From an uncultured Planctomycetales bacterium (GTDB lineage Bacteria > Omnitrophota > Gorgyraeia > Gygaellales > JAHJCI01): a DNA stretch of 64,000 nucleotides. Both the position numbers and the translations under genes were made by a program. The stretch lies in NCBI GenBank assembly GCA_964592485.1, contig CAZQEY010000003.1, forward strand, positions 12,218 to 76,217, read 5' to 3'. The first letter of the stretch is position 1; every line of letters begins with the position of its first letter. Shown in pieces: positions 36,750 through 47,323 of this stretch. Below the pieces are notes generated by a model. That model searched no databases and had not been told where the DNA came from. It saw nothing but the letters and a program-made list of their open reading frames with translations.

Positions 36750-37988
36750 ATGACATTGAAGAGATTTTATTTTATCTTTTTTATCTTTTTTACTTTAATA
36801 GTAACCACAGGTATGGCCAGACGGCCGAAATCTGTGGTCTACATCCGCAAGTATGAACATAGCCGATATCGCCTTTTCGTAGAAAATAAGCCTTACATCA
36901 TAAGAGGAGTTTGCTATAATCCTATTCCCATCGGCAAAAATCATGAATATGATTTATTCTCTGATCCTAATAAGCCCTGGATAGTTGATGGGAAGATGAT
37001 GCGGGCGATGGGGATAAATACAGTTCGCTTTTACAAAGTAGGCGATAATCCTGAAAGGGTGAAGCAGGTTATTCGAGATTTATACCAACTTTATGGCATT
37101 CGCAGTATCTTGGGTCACTGGTTAGGTTTTTGGGAATATCCCTGCCCGCGCTATGGAGATAAGGATTTTCAAGATAAGGTAAAATCAGAGGTTTTGAAAA
37201 TGGTTAATCTATATAAGGATGAGGATGGAGTTCTTTTTTGGATTTTAGGCAATGAAAATAATTATTCCTTTTCTGGTCAGATTAATCCCTGGTCAAGTGA
37301 GGAGATTAAAAATGAGCCGGATCCAGCCAAACAGAGGCTCCTGCGTGCTAGGATTTACTATTCCTTTGTAAATGATTTAGCGCGCGAAATTCATCAGATT
37401 GATCCTAATCATCCGGTTGCTATGGGTAACGGAGAGCTCGTTGGGCTCGAGGTTGCTAATGAGATTTGTTCAGATATTGATATTGTCGCCAGCATTGTTT
37501 ATCGTGGTAAAACCTTTGGCAATCTCTTTCGGAGTGTTAAGACGATTTTCGACCGACCAGTAGTGATTTCTGAATTTGGTGCAGATAGTTACGATGCCTA
37601 TAAAAACGAAGAAAATCAGAATATGCAGGCCTTCTTTTTGGAATCGCAGTGGAGGCAGATTTATAAGAATTTATATGGAAATAAAGATGGAGCAGGGAAT
37701 TGTCTGGGCGGGAGTACATTTGAGTGGACTGATGAATGGTGGAAGCACAATGAATACGAGACAGAGCCTTGGTCAGTTCACGATACCGGCGCAAGCTGGT
37801 CTAACGGCTCTTATTATTTCGATATTAAAGCAGAAGATAACAAAAATATGAATGAGGAATGGTTTGGCATTGTTGCCTTATCGCCAGATTTGGAAAATGG
37901 GATAAATAAACGCCTTCCCCGGAAGAGTTATTATATATTGCGAGAATTCTGGAGAAATCCTAGGAGGAAGTCAAAAATTAGATATTAA
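36750..37988 (+). CDS. Secreted clan GH-A glycoside hydrolase (GH2 TIM-barrel-like), paralogue of the catalytic domain of 32676-35054
   Basis: MGINTVRFY, WILGNENNY, ISEFGADS, FEWTDEWWK and NEEWFG. GAGGGAG RBS. Confidence 0.85.
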   Translation: MTLKRFYFIFFIFFTLIVTTGMARRPKSVVYIRKYEHSRYRLFVENKPYIIRGVCYNPIPIGKNHEYDLFSDPNKPWIVDGKMMRAMGINTVRFYKVGDNPERVKQVIRDLYQLYGIRSILGHWLGFWEYPCPRYGDKDFQDKVKSEVLKMVNLYKDEDGVLFWILGNENNYSFSGQINPWSSEEIKNEPDPAKQRLLRARIYYSFVNDLAREIHQIDPNHPVAMGNGELVGLEVANEICSDIDIVASIVYRGKTFGNLFRSVKTIFDRPVVISEFGADSYDAYKNEENQNMQAFFLESQWRQIYKNLYGNKDGAGNCLGGSTFEWTDEWWKHNEYETEPWSVHDTGASWSNGSYYFDIKAEDNKNMNEEWFGIVALSPDLENGINKRLPRKSYYILREFWRNPRRKSKIRY

Positions 37989-38099
37989 CTTTGCCAGAAA
38001 TATAAATCTCCAATAAAGAAACAAAATTTCTAAGGGAGTCAAAAATCAAAATGATGCCGAATAATGTAGTAACTTCGGCATCCCAAAGATTACTCCAAG

Positions 38100-39572
38100 A
38101 TGAAAACTTCATTTAGGACGAATCAAAAATTAAAATTTTTTGAGATTTGTTTATTTTTGGCGTTCATTACGATTTATGAGTTACGATTTACGAGTTACGA
38201 ATCATTTGCTCAAGAAGACTTAAGTCAACTTAAGGAGTCATACTTTAATCAGCATCAATATTCTGAATTTGTAGACTATTTAAAAAGCTTTAGAAGAAAT
38301 TATCCCCTGTCTGAGGTGAGTTACTATATTGCCCTGTCTCGCTATGAACAACTAAAATATTTAGAGGAGACACAAAATTGGGCAGAGTATTTTAATCGAG
38401 GTGACCAATATCGTCAGGAATTTATCAGGGAAGTATTGAATGCGGCAAAATTGACCTCAAGAAGAAAAGACCCTCTTTTTGTTTACGCTAAGTGCCTTTT
38501 ATGGGAATTCCATAAATATATGCAAGATGATGAAGAGATGACAGCACTTGCGAATTTGCTTAATGCTGTTAAGCAATATTCAGGGTCGGCTGATGCCGAT
38601 CTATCTGCAATTAAATATGTTGCAGATACTCTATCCAGTTATGCTGACCGAGTAAACTCCCAACGGGTCTACAACATTTATCTTGGAAAGCTAATAATCT
38701 CTCTGGAAGAAAATAGAGAATCAGAATTAATTTCCTTAGCAAAACAGTTAGCTTATCAGGATGACGGTGTGGGCAATCCCTTTTTTGCTGAAGAGGTTTT
38801 TAAAAAATTAAGGAAGTTAAATCCTGACTTAATCCTTGATGAACAAACGCAGTATCTACGCGCTTATAATTTAGAAAAGATAAAGCAATACGAAGATGCC
38901 TATCTGCAATATCAGATATTAGTTGAAAATTATCCTCGGAGCTCTCATTATGCGGAAGCAACTTTTAAAATGGGGGTAATTTCTGCTTATATATTGCGAG
39001 ATATCTCTACCGCACAAGATTACTTTACTAAATTGACTAAAAGTCCTTCTCTGAGCCCTCCGGTTTTTGATAGTTTCTATCAGTTAGGTTTAATTGCTCA
39101 ATACCAAGGCGATATTTCCAAGGCAAAAAAGTATTACAATGCTCTGTTAAAGAAGTCAAGAAGAATCACCCGTTGCGATGATTTTATTAGTAAGGCTAAA
39201 GTGAGATTAAAAGAAATAAAAGGGAAACAGCCCTTAGAATTTAATCTTCGGACCTTTATGGATGCCTCATGCGAAGACGATAGAGGTAAAGTTTTGAGTC
39301 ACAATGTTGATATAAGAGCACAGTATTTTAAGTTAATTCCTAATCAGGATGTCCAATTATCCTCCTCTGTCCTACTTGCACAAAGTGGCTGTATGGCAGT
39401 CAATTTAGAGTATCTTTGGTCCGGTGACCTCGGCAGTGCGAAACCACGAAATGACCAGGATAGCTTTACTACTCATTACGCCTGTCCTGGCACAAAACTA
39501 ATTCTGCTTACAGTAGTTACTCCTTCAGGAATTTTAGGCTACAACTTGGTTTTTCTCGATGCAGTAGAATAA
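38100..39572 (+). CDS. Secreted TPR protein with a PKD-like C-terminal domain
   Basis: Signal peptide ending SFA-Q, BamD-like TPR (LVENYPRSSHYAEATFKMG), and C-terminal EYLWSGD..Y..PGTK.I.LTV. Confidence 0.75.
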   Translation: MKTSFRTNQKLKFFEICLFLAFITIYELRFTSYESFAQEDLSQLKESYFNQHQYSEFVDYLKSFRRNYPLSEVSYYIALSRYEQLKYLEETQNWAEYFNRGDQYRQEFIREVLNAAKLTSRRKDPLFVYAKCLLWEFHKYMQDDEEMTALANLLNAVKQYSGSADADLSAIKYVADTLSSYADRVNSQRVYNIYLGKLIISLEENRESELISLAKQLAYQDDGVGNPFFAEEVFKKLRKLNPDLILDEQTQYLRAYNLEKIKQYEDAYLQYQILVENYPRSSHYAEATFKMGVISAYILRDISTAQDYFTKLTKSPSLSPPVFDSFYQLGLIAQYQGDISKAKKYYNALLKKSRRITRCDDFISKAKVRLKEIKGKQPLEFNLRTFMDASCEDDRGKVLSHNVDIRAQYFKLIPNQDVQLSSSVLLAQSGCMAVNLEYLWSGDLGSAKPRNDQDSFTTHYACPGTKLILLTVVTPSGILGYNLVFLDAVE

Positions 39573-39720
39573 GATTCTTTTGTAAGAGGAATATAATTTT
39601 CTTCTCTCCAGGGGGATGTCTCATCTTCGATAAAGTCCTTGACCCCGCGCCTTTTATCTATTAAAATATTAAAATACAAACTAATAATAGGATTGCAGAT
39701 TATCCTTTGACTTGGACTCG

Positions 39721-39767
39721 GTCCTTCGATAAACTCAGGACTGAGTCCTGAGCGTAGTCGAATGGAC
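39721..39767. repeat. REP-like palindrome of the CTTCGA..CTCAGG/CCTGAG..TCGAA family
   Basis: GTCCTTCGATAAACTCAGGACTGAGTCCTGAGCGTAGTCGAATGGAC. Related copies at 46625-46670 and 59568-59616. Confidence 0.7.
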
Positions 39768-39885
39768 TCAGGATAACCTGTTCTGGGTTTATCGAAGGGC
39801 AGATTAAATAGAGCTATTATCGAGGTTTTGCACTTCTTACAGATAAACGCAGGATAAGGTTAAGCGGGTGCAGGATGGAGAGACT

Positions 39886-40740
39886 ATGGCTATAGTGGAA
39901 GGAAAGCTTAAAATTATTATTTTAGTTCTAGTGGTATTGTTAGCAACAAGTCTTTTTCTTATCTTCAGCATCCAGAGTTCAAAGTCAGCGTTATTGCGAG
40001 AATATAACTATACCAGACAAAAGCTAACTCAGGCAAATAAGGAGCTTACAAACAAACTGAGTAGTATACTGGCAGAGAATAGCAGCCTCCAGGATAGATT
40101 AAGGGTTATTCAAGAGGATTTGGAACGCGCATCTGCCGAGAGAAGCCAGGTCCAGACCAGGTTTGAATTAATAAATAAAGAGAGAGCAGAGTTGCTGGAG
40201 AAATTAAAGTTGTATGCGCAATTGCAAAAAGACTTGGAACTTTTTAAAAATGAGAATAGAGCATTGAAAGAGCAGATTGATGTGCTGGAAAAAAACAAGT
40301 TTAAATTAAAATCCGACCTGAATGGGCTTAGGCGGGATAATGAAATCCTGAAACAAAAGATTGAGGAGGCACAACGTAGTTTAGAGGAAAAAACTCTTAT
40401 GGCCGGATATGGCAAGGAGCAGGAGGTTGATCTAACGCAGGAGTCTGAGTTGTGGTCTGTAGATTTGCCTCCCATAGTAATCTCACCACAACTCTTAGCG
40501 GATATTGATTTACCCTCTTCACTGGAGGGTGGGATTATTAATGTGAATAGGGAATACAATTTTGTAGTAATTGATTTAGGCCAGGGTATGGGTGTCAGAG
40601 AAGGTATGGTTTTTGAGGTTTTCCGGAAAGGTAAGTTCTTAGGTAAAGTTGAGGTTATTCAACTGCGTGAGAAGATTGCTGCTTGCGATATAATCCAGGC
40701 TAATATACCTTTTAGAGTAGGCGATATTGTAAGATATTGA
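39886..40740 (+). CDS. Membrane-anchored coiled-coil protein with a C-terminal beta-barrel (FlgT-C-like)
   Basis: One N-terminal TM, a long heptad-rich region, then VNREYNFVVIDLG..GVREGM.F.VFR...GD.V. Confidence 0.75.
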   Translation: MAIVEGKLKIIILVLVVLLATSLFLIFSIQSSKSALLREYNYTRQKLTQANKELTNKLSSILAENSSLQDRLRVIQEDLERASAERSQVQTRFELINKERAELLEKLKLYAQLQKDLELFKNENRALKEQIDVLEKNKFKLKSDLNGLRRDNEILKQKIEEAQRSLEEKTLMAGYGKEQEVDLTQESELWSVDLPPIVISPQLLADIDLPSSLEGGIINVNREYNFVVIDLGQGMGVREGMVFEVFRKGKFLGKVEVIQLREKIAACDIIQANIPFRVGDIVRY

Positions 40741-41771
40741 AAGATATTAAGAACCCAAAAAAGCCCAAAGAATCACCGGTTTCCATCGAGGATGTCGCCC
40801 GTGAAAGTGGAGTCTCACCCGCCACAGTATCCCGCGTAATTAATAACATCCCTTCCGTAAAAGAAGAAAATTATCAGAGGGTTCTTGCCGCTATCAAGAA
40901 ACTTAAATTTCAACCGTCGGTGTTTGCCCAACGTTTGGCAAAGGGTAAGTCTAATGTAGTGGGATTGGTTATCCCTCGCTACGAAGGTGTATTTTATTCC
41001 TTTTATCTGTTAGAGTTGATTCGCGGCATTGGGATGATCTGCGAAGAATTAAGGCTGGAATTATTATTGCATTTAACTTCTGCTCAATCATCGCTAAATT
41101 TAAAAGGCCTGGGCGGGGTAATCTTTGCCGATATAATTGGTAATGAGCGCCAGTTAGAATATATCTTAGAACAAAATATTCCCTGTACGGTAATTAATCA
41201 CCATATGGAAGCCCTTTCTGTGTCATGCATCTCTATAGATAATACTAAGGGGGCCAGAGAGGCGGTAGATTATCTGGTTGGGCTTGGTCATAGGCGCATA
41301 GCCCATATAACCGGAGATTTAATTACTCAAGCTGCCCGACAGCGTTTTGAAGGATATAAAAAGAGCCTGGGAATGAATAATATTGTTTTTCGGGATGATT
41401 ATGTAGTCAAGACGGACTACTCGCGTGGTCAGGCACGAAGTGCCACTTATCAGTTATTAAGATTAAATCAACCTCCCACTGCCATATTTGTCGCTTCCGA
41501 TTCAATGGCCTTAGAGGTAATGGCGGTGGCTACAGAATTAGGCAAGAATATCCCCCACGATTTTTCTATCATTGGCTTTGATGATAATCCTTCTGGCCTT
41601 TATGCACCAGTTGCCCTTACTACAATCAGGCAACCCTTAATCAAAATGGCTCAAGAAGGCATTAGGGAATTGAATAGGTTGATGACTACCAGCTCATCTA
41701 AAATTATTAAGCGGGCACTGCCTTGTGAGTTAATAGTGAGGGAGTCTTGTGCTAGTCTAAGCTCAAAATGA
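40737..41771 (+). CDS. LacI family transcriptional regulator
   Basis: SIEDVARESGVSPATVSRVIN, LGHRRIA, IGFDD and LTTIRQP. Confidence 0.96.
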   Translation: MKDIKNPKKPKESPVSIEDVARESGVSPATVSRVINNIPSVKEENYQRVLAAIKKLKFQPSVFAQRLAKGKSNVVGLVIPRYEGVFYSFYLLELIRGIGMICEELRLELLLHLTSAQSSLNLKGLGGVIFADIIGNERQLEYILEQNIPCTVINHHMEALSVSCISIDNTKGAREAVDYLVGLGHRRIAHITGDLITQAARQRFEGYKKSLGMNNIVFRDDYVVKTDYSRGQARSATYQLLRLNQPPTAIFVASDSMALEVMAVATELGKNIPHDFSIIGFDDNPSGLYAPVALTTIRQPLIKMAQEGIRELNRLMTTSSSKIIKRALPCELIVRESCASLSSK

Positions 41772-42016
41772 AATCAGCACAGCAGAAGAGAAGCAGCCGC
41801 TCGTAAGTCTCTGCCTGTGCTATGCCTGAATTTGACCACCCCCTTCAATAAAGTAACATAAGTGAAAGTAAGAAGATGAGTTTCAGTTCGCTGCGCATCT
41901 TTTTGTTATGAAGTGTCTGTTTGTAGTAGGGGGGGCGGGATTACAATTTTATTATGGATAAGATAGGTTATGCGACAAAAGAGAAGATGCGGGATGAATG
42001 ATGCTGGCAGGGATAA

Positions 42017-42063
42017 ATACAATTTATTGTATAGTATAAATGATAAAGCCCTATATGTAGTAT
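42017..42063 (+). promoter_or_regulatory. Tandem NrdR boxes
   Basis: ATACAATTTATTGTAT (42017-42032) and GCCCTATATGTAGTAT (42048-42063), with starts 31 bp apart, upstream of an RNR gene. Confidence 0.8.
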
Positions 42064-42070
42064 CTTTTTC

Positions 42071-42099
42071 TTGACAAGTTAATTAATCTATGTTATGCT
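42071..42099 (+). promoter_or_regulatory. sigma70 promoter of nrdJ
   Basis: TTGACA-17 bp-TATGCT with an extended -10 TG. Confidence 0.75.
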
Positions 42100-42197
42100 T
42101 TAGGTGTGGGATAACCTGTAGAAAATAAACTAGGGTAAGTGTGTAGGTCCGAACTTACACACTTTACATTCCGAGCGACTGAAAGGAGCGAGGTAAG

Positions 42198-44438
42198 ATG
42201 AAGCTCAATTTATCAGAAAATGCCTTAAGGGTTTTAGAAAGGCGGTATCTTAAAAAAGATAGTCAAGGTCAGGTTATTGAGACGCCTGAGGAGTTATTCA
42301 GGCGTGTCGCCAGGGCAATTGCTGAGGTGGAGAGACTGTATGGCCACTCGGCAGTTGAGATAAAAAAATTAGAGGAAAGTTTTTTTGATATGATGACCTC
42401 ATTAGAGTTTATGCCAAATAGTCCTACCATCATGAACGCAGGTAAAGAATTGGGACAGCTCTCTGCGTGCTTCACCCTTCCTATCGAAGATTCGATGGAA
42501 TCGATATTCGAGACTTTAAAGGCCACCAGTCTTATCCATAAGTCAGGCGGCGGCACCGGCTTTTCCTTTTCACGATTACGACCTAAAAATGCAGTAGTCA
42601 AAACTACAGGTGGAATTGCCTCGGGTCCAGTTTCATTTATGAAAGTCTATGATGCAGCAACTGAAGCAGTAAAGCAGGGAGGCACAAGACGCGGCGCCAA
42701 CATGGGAATCTTAAGGATTGACCATCCGGATATATTGGAGTTTATCGCCTGTAAAGATAAGAGCAACGAAATAACCAACTTTAACATCTCTGTGGCAATA
42801 ACCGAAGATTTTATGGAGAAATTACAAAACAGTGAAGATTATGATTTAATCGATCCCCGCACAAAAAAAATTACCAAGCGCCTCAACGCAAGAGAAACGT
42901 TTGATTTGATTGTCAAGCAGGCGCACAAGAACGGTGAGCCGGGAATCATCTTTATTGATAAAATAGAGAAGGATAATCCTACTCCTAAGTTAGGCAGGAT
43001 TGAAAGCACTAACCCTTGCGGCGAGCAGCCCATTCTGCCCTATGAGAGTTGTGACCTGGGCTCGATAAATTTAGTAAGGATGATAAAGAAGACAGATTCA
43101 GGCGTTGAGATTGACTGGGATAAATTAAAGAGGGCCGTTCATCTATCCGTGCACTTTTTAGATAATGTGATTGATGCAAATAAATTTCCTTTGCCTGAGA
43201 TTGAGAAGGCAACCAAGCTAACCCGCAAGATTGGCTTAGGAATTATGGGTTGGGCAAGTCTTTTGATTAGACTGGGCATACCTTATAATAGTGATGAGGC
43301 AATCCAACTGGCTGACAAATTGATGTCGTTTATCCTTAAGGAGGCAAAGGAAAAATCTTTCCAATTAGCCAAGGAAAAGGGCGTATTCACAGCTTTTAAG
43401 GGTAGCATTTTGGAAAAACAGAATCTCAGGCTTCGAAATGCCACCTTAACCACTATTGCGCCTACCGGAACAATCAGTATCATTGCCGGGCCTACTTCCT
43501 CAGGTATTGAGCCCTTATTCGCTATTTCTTATTATCGCAATGTTATGGATAATGACAAACTCGTTGAGGTTGAGCCGATGTTTGAACAGGTGGCAAGAGA
43601 GCGCGGTTTTTACAGTCGGCAATTAATGGAAAAAATCGCTGAGACTGGCTCAATCCAGAAGATTGAGGAGATTCCGCCGGATGTAAAGTGTATCTTTGTT
43701 ACTGCCCATGATATTCGGCCTGAATGGCATATTCGAATGCAGGCAGTATTTCAGAAGTATACAAATAACGCGGTTTCAAAGACGATCAATTTCCCTCGCG
43801 ATGCCGAAGTTTCTGATGTGCGCAAGGCTTATCTTTTGGCTTATGAGCTGGGTTGTAAGGGAATTACGGTTTATCGTGATAAAAGCCGCCAAGAGCAGGT
43901 TCTTAATATTACTGGCAAGCAGGAGGTATCGGCCGGGGAGGAAGCTAAGGTAGGGCCGGGCAAGATTGTCCCTCGGCCACGCCCTGAGGTTACTACAGGC
44001 ACGACAACCAAGGTTTCTACCGGTTGCGGCAATTTATATATTACGATAAATTCGGACGAGCAAGGTCGGTCATTTGAGGTTTTTACCCAGATGGGGAAAG
44101 CCGGTGGTTGTGCAGCAAGCCAATTAGAGGCAATCGGCCGGCTTGTATCTCTTGCCCTGCGTTCAGAAATCGACGTGAAATCGATAATTGAGCAATTACG
44201 CAATATCCGTTGTCCTTCTCCTTCGTGGCAAAAGGGTGTGCGAATATTCTCGTGCGCAGATGCCCTAGCCCGTGTTATGGAGAAGAGATTAATTAACAAT
44301 CAACCCGCGGTTTCCTCTGTTCAGAAATCACAGCATGGGGTATCCAATATAGTAGGGGTATGCCCGGATTGCGGAGGGGCTTTACGCCACGAAGAGGGAT
44401 GCGTTAAGTGCTATGCTTGCGGATTTACTAAGTGTTAA
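42198..44438 (+). CDS. nrdJ: Class II (adenosylcobalamin-dependent) ribonucleotide reductase with TSCPD and Zn-ribbon C-terminus
   Basis: [49 protein letters not shown] and [13 protein letters not shown]. No nrdB nearby. Confidence 0.95.
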   Translation: MKLNLSENALRVLERRYLKKDSQGQVIETPEELFRRVARAIAEVERLYGHSAVEIKKLEESFFDMMTSLEFMPNSPTIMNAGKELGQLSACFTLPIEDSMESIFETLKATSLIHKSGGGTGFSFSRLRPKNAVVKTTGGIASGPVSFMKVYDAATEAVKQGGTRRGANMGILRIDHPDILEFIACKDKSNEITNFNISVAITEDFMEKLQNSEDYDLIDPRTKKITKRLNARETFDLIVKQAHKNGEPGIIFIDKIEKDNPTPKLGRIESTNPCGEQPILPYESCDLGSINLVRMIKKTDSGVEIDWDKLKRAVHLSVHFLDNVIDANKFPLPEIEKATKLTRKIGLGIMGWASLLIRLGIPYNSDEAIQLADKLMSFILKEAKEKSFQLAKEKGVFTAFKGSILEKQNLRLRNATLTTIAPTGTISIIAGPTSSGIEPLFAISYYRNVMDNDKLVEVEPMFEQVARERGFYSRQLMEKIAETGSIQKIEEIPPDVKCIFVTAHDIRPEWHIRMQAVFQKYTNNAVSKTINFPRDAEVSDVRKAYLLAYELGCKGITVYRDKSRQEQVLNITGKQEVSAGEEAKVGPGKIVPRPRPEVTTGTTTKVSTGCGNLYITINSDEQGRSFEVFTQMGKAGGCAASQLEAIGRLVSLALRSEIDVKSIIEQLRNIRCPSPSWQKGVRIFSCADALARVMEKRLINNQPAVSSVQKSQHGVSNIVGVCPDCGGALRHEEGCVKCYACGFTKC

Positions 44439-44530
44439 AATCGTAATTGCGTTATTCCTGTTGGGTCAGTTAATTCTGTTAACGGACTAAACAGACATAA
44501 CAGACTAAACAAAGAAAATCAACTAAGCGA

Positions 44531-45820
44531 ATGAAAAAGATTTTATATGTAGTTTTAGACGGATTAGGTGATTTGCCAATTCACGAATTGAATAACAAGA
44601 CTCCCCTTGAGGTAGCAGCCACCCCCCATATGGACAGATTGACGAAGCTTGGTTGTACCGGTATTCTCTATCCGGTAGATAAAGGTATCGCCCCCGAGTC
44701 AGATATTGCTGTAATCAGCCTTTTAGGTTATGATGCCAAAAAGTATTATACGGGCAGGGGCCCATTGGAGTCTTTTGCCGAAGGGCTGAAGGTATTGCCT
44801 GGAAATCTGGCTCTGCGGGTCAATTTTGCTACTGTGGATAGCGACGGTAAATCTATATTAGACCGCCGGGTGGGAAGGAACTTGACTACCGATGAGGCAA
44901 CCGCGTTATCCAAAGAGATAAATTCCAAAGTCAAGCTTTCTTCAGCAACATTTGAATTCAAGAATACCATTGGTCACCGCGGCGTATTGGTAATCCGCCA
45001 CAATAATAAAAACCTATCCGGATGGATAACCAATACAGACCCTGCTTATGACCGGGAAGGGATTTTCGGCATAGCCAAGGAGAAGTTTGAAAAGAAGGTA
45101 CTTGATTCCCAGCCTCTGCCTGAATATAAAGATTCACCGGAAGCAAGGGATGCAGCAGTTCTACTTAATGAATTCACCCGGAAGTCTCATCAGGTCTTGT
45201 CCCAGTCAGAAATTAATAAGAAGAGGGTCGCCGAGAATAAGTTGCCGGGTAATATTATTCTTTCTCGCGATGCCGGCGATCACCTGCCTGAGTTTCCATC
45301 GGTAAAATCGCTTTATAATTTAAAATTTGGCTCCTTTGTCCAGATGCCTGTTGAAAAGGGTATTGCTCTTTTGACTGGAATAGAGGTTGTTGAGGTTCCT
45401 CTGCCTTCGACACATTTAGAGGTGGATTATTCTATTTGGGCGAAGATTACCTTGAAGAAAATCATTGAATTTGATGGACTCTATATTCATATTAAGGGTC
45501 CAGACGAACCGGCTCACGATGGAGATTTTAACAAAAAGAAAGAGGTCATTGAGATAATCGATAAATTCTTCTTCAGCCCATTACTTAAAAAATTAAATCT
45601 TAAAGATACGATTATCGCCGTGACTGCTGACCATTCTACTGTTTGTAAGATGCGCGCTCATTCTGCTGACCCTGTTCCCTTGTTAATTGCGGGTGGCGGC
45701 ATTGCTTCTGATGGCAGCCAAAGTTTTTCTGAAAGGGTAGCAAGTAAGGGTTCTTTAGGTCAAATTCGTGGGCTTGAACTTCTATCACTGTTGATAAAAT
45801 TCGCGAGCGGAGAAAAATGA
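44531..45820 (+). CDS. apgM: 2,3-bisphosphoglycerate-independent phosphoglycerate mutase, archaeal type
   Basis: VLDGLGD, TPLE, PESD, YTGRGPLE, HIKGPDEPAHDG, TADHST and HSADPVP. Confidence 0.9.
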   Translation: MKKILYVVLDGLGDLPIHELNNKTPLEVAATPHMDRLTKLGCTGILYPVDKGIAPESDIAVISLLGYDAKKYYTGRGPLESFAEGLKVLPGNLALRVNFATVDSDGKSILDRRVGRNLTTDEATALSKEINSKVKLSSATFEFKNTIGHRGVLVIRHNNKNLSGWITNTDPAYDREGIFGIAKEKFEKKVLDSQPLPEYKDSPEARDAAVLLNEFTRKSHQVLSQSEINKKRVAENKLPGNIILSRDAGDHLPEFPSVKSLYNLKFGSFVQMPVEKGIALLTGIEVVEVPLPSTHLEVDYSIWAKITLKKIIEFDGLYIHIKGPDEPAHDGDFNKKKEVIEIIDKFFFSPLLKKLNLKDTIIAVTADHSTVCKMRAHSADPVPLLIAGGGIASDGSQSFSERVASKGSLGQIRGLELLSLLIKFASGEK

Positions 45821-46533
45821 AACAGAGGATTATTGCTTGGATTAGGAAGCAAGTAAGGCAGGCAGGGGCAAAGGGTGTGGTTGTGGGTTTAAGCGGAGGA
45901 CTGGATTCATCAGTAACCGCAGTTCTGTGTCTTAAGGCCTTGGGTAAAAGTAGGGTCTTGGGATTGATTATGCCTTGCTTTAGTCAAAAGCAGGATTTAT
46001 TGGATGCGCGCCTGGTAGCCAAAAAGCTGGGGATTAAGGTTAAATCCGTTGATTTAGGCCCACTCTATAAAACCTTCCTGAAAAGCCTGCCCAGGGCAAA
46101 TCAGCTGGCACGCGGTAATCTTAAAGCACGCCTGAGGATGATAGCCCTTTATTATTTCGCCAATAAACTAAATTACCTTGTCTGCGGCACTTCTAATAAA
46201 TCAGAGATATTAATGGGATACTTTACCAAATATGGCGACGGCGCAGAGGATATTGCTCCTCTGGGAGATTTATTAAAATCCCAGATAAAAGAATTGGCCA
46301 GGTCTTTCAATATACTGCAGAGGATTATTGATAAACCCCCTACTGCCGGCCTCTGGCCGGGGCAGACTGATGAGGCTGAATTAGGGATCAGCTATTCTCA
46401 ACTCGATGATATATTATTGCGACTTTCAAAGAGAAGTAGACAGATCCAGCCAAGGGGCGTGGTAAATAAAGTAAAATCCCGCATTCAAGCTACAGAACAT
46501 AAACGCCAGCCTCCCCAAATTTGCAAAATTTAA
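45817..46533 (+). CDS. nadE: NH3-dependent NAD+ synthetase
   Basis: GLSGGLDS, NLKARLRM, GYFTKYGDG, PTAGLWPGQTDE and EHKR. No glutaminase domain. Confidence 0.96.
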   Translation: MKQRIIAWIRKQVRQAGAKGVVVGLSGGLDSSVTAVLCLKALGKSRVLGLIMPCFSQKQDLLDARLVAKKLGIKVKSVDLGPLYKTFLKSLPRANQLARGNLKARLRMIALYYFANKLNYLVCGTSNKSEILMGYFTKYGDGAEDIAPLGDLLKSQIKELARSFNILQRIIDKPPTAGLWPGQTDEAELGISYSQLDDILLRLSKRSRQIQPRGVVNKVKSRIQATEHKRQPPQICKI

Positions 46534-46557
46534 AAAGGTATCTATTCTCGAAACAAC

Positions 46558-46586
46558 TTGTGAATTTTCCCTTTTTTTGTTATAAT
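46558..46586 (+). promoter_or_regulatory. Putative sigma70 promoter for lrp-aminotransferase-glnA
   Basis: TTGTGA-17 bp-TATAAT with an extended -10 TG. Confidence 0.6.
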
Positions 46587-46598
46587 CAAATGAAATCC

Positions 46599-46789
46599 AA
46601 ACTTACGCAACGAAGTGAACGTAATCCTTCGATTTTACTCAGGATTATGTCCTGAGCAGAACCGAAGGACGTAAGTTTGTTGATTGAATTTATCTCTCGC
46701 AGCCGAGAGCTGTAATTGCCGCTCGGGAGCAATTCGCCCCGCCCTTTTGGGTCGTCTACGTCGAGTTTAACAAACCAAAAGGGCGGGGC
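46599..46789. repeat. Cluster of palindromic elements in the lrp leader
   Basis: AAACTTACG...CGTAAGTTT encloses a CTTCGA..CTCAGG palindrome. GCCCCGCCCTTTTGG/CCAAAAGGGCGGGGC lies at 46736-46789. Confidence 0.75.
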
Positions 46790-46807
46790 TCATTGAAGGA
46801 GGCAGAT

Positions 46808-47293
46808 ATGGATGAGATTCTTGAGATTCTAGAAAAAAACGCACGGATAACTCCCGAAGAGATTGCCGGGATGCTGAAGAGAAGCGTTTCCTCAGTAAAA
46901 AGCGCAATCAAGAAATTCGAAAAACAGGAAGTGATTCTGGGTTACAAGACAATCATTAATAAGGAATTGGTGCGTGAGGATGATTCTGAGGTGCGCGCCA
47001 TTATTGAAGTTAGGATAACACCCCAGAAGGATGTTGGCTTTGATAAGATTGCCCAGAGAATCTATTCCTTCCCGGAGGTAAAGAGTTGTTATCTTCTCTC
47101 GGGAACATACGATTTATTACTTGTCGTTGAAGGCAGAAATATCCATACCGTTTCTAATTTTGTCGCTGAAAAACTCGCTCCGCTTGAGAATGTACGAGGT
47201 ACCACCACCCATTTTCTGTTAAAGAAATATAAAGAGGATGGTATGGTCCTTAAGCATAGGGAAGAGGATAAAAGAATAGCCATATCCTATTAG
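46808..47293 (+). CDS. Lrp/AsnC family regulator (YugG/AlaR-like)
   Basis: AAGGAGG RBS, N-terminal HTH, YLLSGTYDL and THFLLKKYK. Confidence 0.9.
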   Translation: MDEILEILEKNARITPEEIAGMLKRSVSSVKSAIKKFEKQEVILGYKTIINKELVREDDSEVRAIIEVRITPQKDVGFDKIAQRIYSFPEVKSCYLLSGTYDLLLVVEGRNIHTVSNFVAEKLAPLENVRGTTTHFLLKKYKEDGMVLKHREEDKRIAISY

Positions 47294-47323
47294 TAGGTAG
47301 TATGTAGTAGGCAGGAGATAGGG

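Noticed and set aside
42100-42197. Cobalamin riboswitch upstream of nrdJ
   Set aside because: The leader is too short and lacks the B12-box. It has only one hairpin (GTAAGTGTGTAG..CTTACACACTTTAC).
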